Positions 34,428-35,331 of a stretch of DNA of 35,331 bases are shown here, one piece after another. Every line of letters starts with the position of its first letter. Position 1 is the first letter of the stretch. The DNA is from a virus (Duplodnaviria; Caudoviricetes), in IMG/VR virus record IMGVR_UViG_3300005286_000486, positions 1 to 35,331 of that record; one strand, written 5' to 3'. Made by a program: the position numbers and the translations under genes. Below the pieces are notes generated by a model, which was not told the DNA's origin, searched no databases, and worked only from the letters and a program-made list of their open reading frames with translations.

Positions 34428-34822
34428 TCGCGCTCATCCTCAACGCACTGACTGGCGGCCTTCTCAAGGCGTGGGAGTCCAAGCTCAAGGCCGACAGCGA
34501 CGAAAAGAAGCTGATCGCCGACGCCGCCATTGCCGACATCAACCGCCAGATCGAGGCGCGCCGCGAGGCCACGGAAATCCGCAAGGCGACGGCCGGCTTC
34601 TGGGAAATGCGGGTGGCAACGGCTCTGGCGGCTTGGCCCCTCACGCTGCACCTGGCGCTCGTCACGCTCGATACCATGCTGACCAGTGTCCATTGGGGTA
34701 TCCCGCGCCTCCCGGCTCCCATGGACGAATGGCAGGCGGCCATCATCCTTTCGCTGTTCGGGCTTCAAGGTGTGACGGGCAGCGTCAGCGCAATCGCATC
34801 AGCCATCCGAGGCAGGAAGTAG
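34424..34822 (+). CDS. Lysis-region membrane protein (holin-like)
   Basis: GTGA coupling; N-terminal amphipathic helix, coiled coil, two TM segments, LPAPMDEW..IILSLFG. Confidence 0.7.
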   Translation: MIALILNALTGGLLKAWESKLKADSDEKKLIADAAIADINRQIEARREATEIRKATAGFWEMRVATALAAWPLTLHLALVTLDTMLTSVHWGIPRLPAPMDEWQAAIILSLFGLQGVTGSVSAIASAIRGRK

Positions 34823-34832
34823 GGGGAGCTCC

Positions 34833-35153
34833 ATGCCGGACAAATACAATAGCCTCACCGACCTGTTCAACGCTTGGGTGGGTGGCGCGGGAACCACCAT
34901 GATTGGGGCGCTTCTCGGTCGCGCCATGTGGCACGGCAACGAGGCGAGGAAGGGACGCCGGCGCTTCTTCGGCCCGGAACTGATCTGGGAACTGCCGATC
35001 GCAGTCGGGATGGCCTTGATAGGCGAGGGCGCGGCGGCATGGCTGAATATCGGCCAACCCGCATCCACCGGCCTTATCGCGGCGCTTGCCTATCTGGGTC
35101 CGAGAGGGGCGGAAGTGCTGTTCCTCAAGTGGTTCGGGAAGAAGGTTGGGTGA
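34833..35153 (+). CDS. LydA-like phage holin
   Basis: GGAG RBS; GR.MWH..E...GRR.F...L.WELP.A.GM..I and AYLGPRG; three hydrophobic segments. Confidence 0.8.
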   Translation: MPDKYNSLTDLFNAWVGGAGTTMIGALLGRAMWHGNEARKGRRRFFGPELIWELPIAVGMALIGEGAAAWLNIGQPASTGLIAALAYLGPRGAEVLFLKWFGKKVG

Positions 35154-35331
35154 TCGCCGTGCCGTGTTCCTTAAACTCCGGCCGCAGATATTCGCTCGTT
35201 GCAAGCAATGCCGTGAAGGCAAAGAGCGCCCCACACGCCCCGCCATTCAAGATCAGAAGTGCCTTGAAGCCACGCGTTGCCGCATCGATAGATGCGGCCT
35301 CAAGCGCCAAGAAGCGTTCGGTCTGGTCCAT
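35125..35331 (-). CDS. Membrane protein fragment, convergent on the holin; probably truncated
   Basis: One TM with LLILNGGA..ALF.F motif; the last codons are antisense to the holin 3' end. Confidence 0.45.
   Translation of the reverse strand: MDQTERFLALEAASIDAATRGFKALLILNGGACGALFAFTALLATSEYLRPEFKEHGTAITQPSSRTT

Larger units (their letters stand above)
1..35331. mobile_element. Temperate siphovirus prophage/phage genome segment (lambdoid gene order; att sites and integrase not in window)
   Basis: Continuous run of cI/cro, replication, HNH-terminase, HK97-fold head, neck, tail, tape measure and holin genes; no host housekeeping block. Confidence 0.97.

Noticed and set aside
1-35331. Complete DGR (RT, Avd, TR) within the window
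   Set aside because: No ORF with RT motifs and no second copy of the VR found by eye; only the target side is supported.

Overview
The whole window is the interior of a temperate, lambdoid-organised siphovirus prophage, most likely from an alphaproteobacterial (Rhizobiales-like) host. That host is inferred from high GC, a GapR/DUF2312 gene, a GTA-gp10-type tail chaperone and a NusG-type late regulator. From left to right it holds: a leftward early operon (small ORFs, Gp37/Gp68, an Mtd-like C-type-lectin gene); an oppositely oriented peptide + SLATT-like cassette; a cI/cro switch with ATGC-N6-GCAT operators; a rightward early operon (CII-like, GapR, ParB-MT-A70, DnaN-like clamp, C5 DNA methyltransferase, replication initiator with iterons, NusG paralogue); HNH, terminase, a fused protease-capsid placed before the portal; neck and tail genes; and a damaged right end (frameshifted and truncated tail-tip gene, glycosyltransferase moron, holins without an endolysin). 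No integrase, reverse transcriptase, tRNA or CRISPR was seen. Three signals stand out. (1) A Bordetella BPP-1 Mtd homologue has an apparently intact DGR target site (VR, G/C + IMH-like end, GAAA hairpin), lacks the N-terminal domain and lies in the early pL operon, with no RT or TR in the window. (2) A translationally coupled Maf-like / GT-A / methyltransferase cassette sits between two neck genes and is a candidate virion-glycosylation system. (3) A GPRQP-repeat peptide is paired with a SLATT-like membrane protein. All family calls come from motif recognition by eye; no database search was run.
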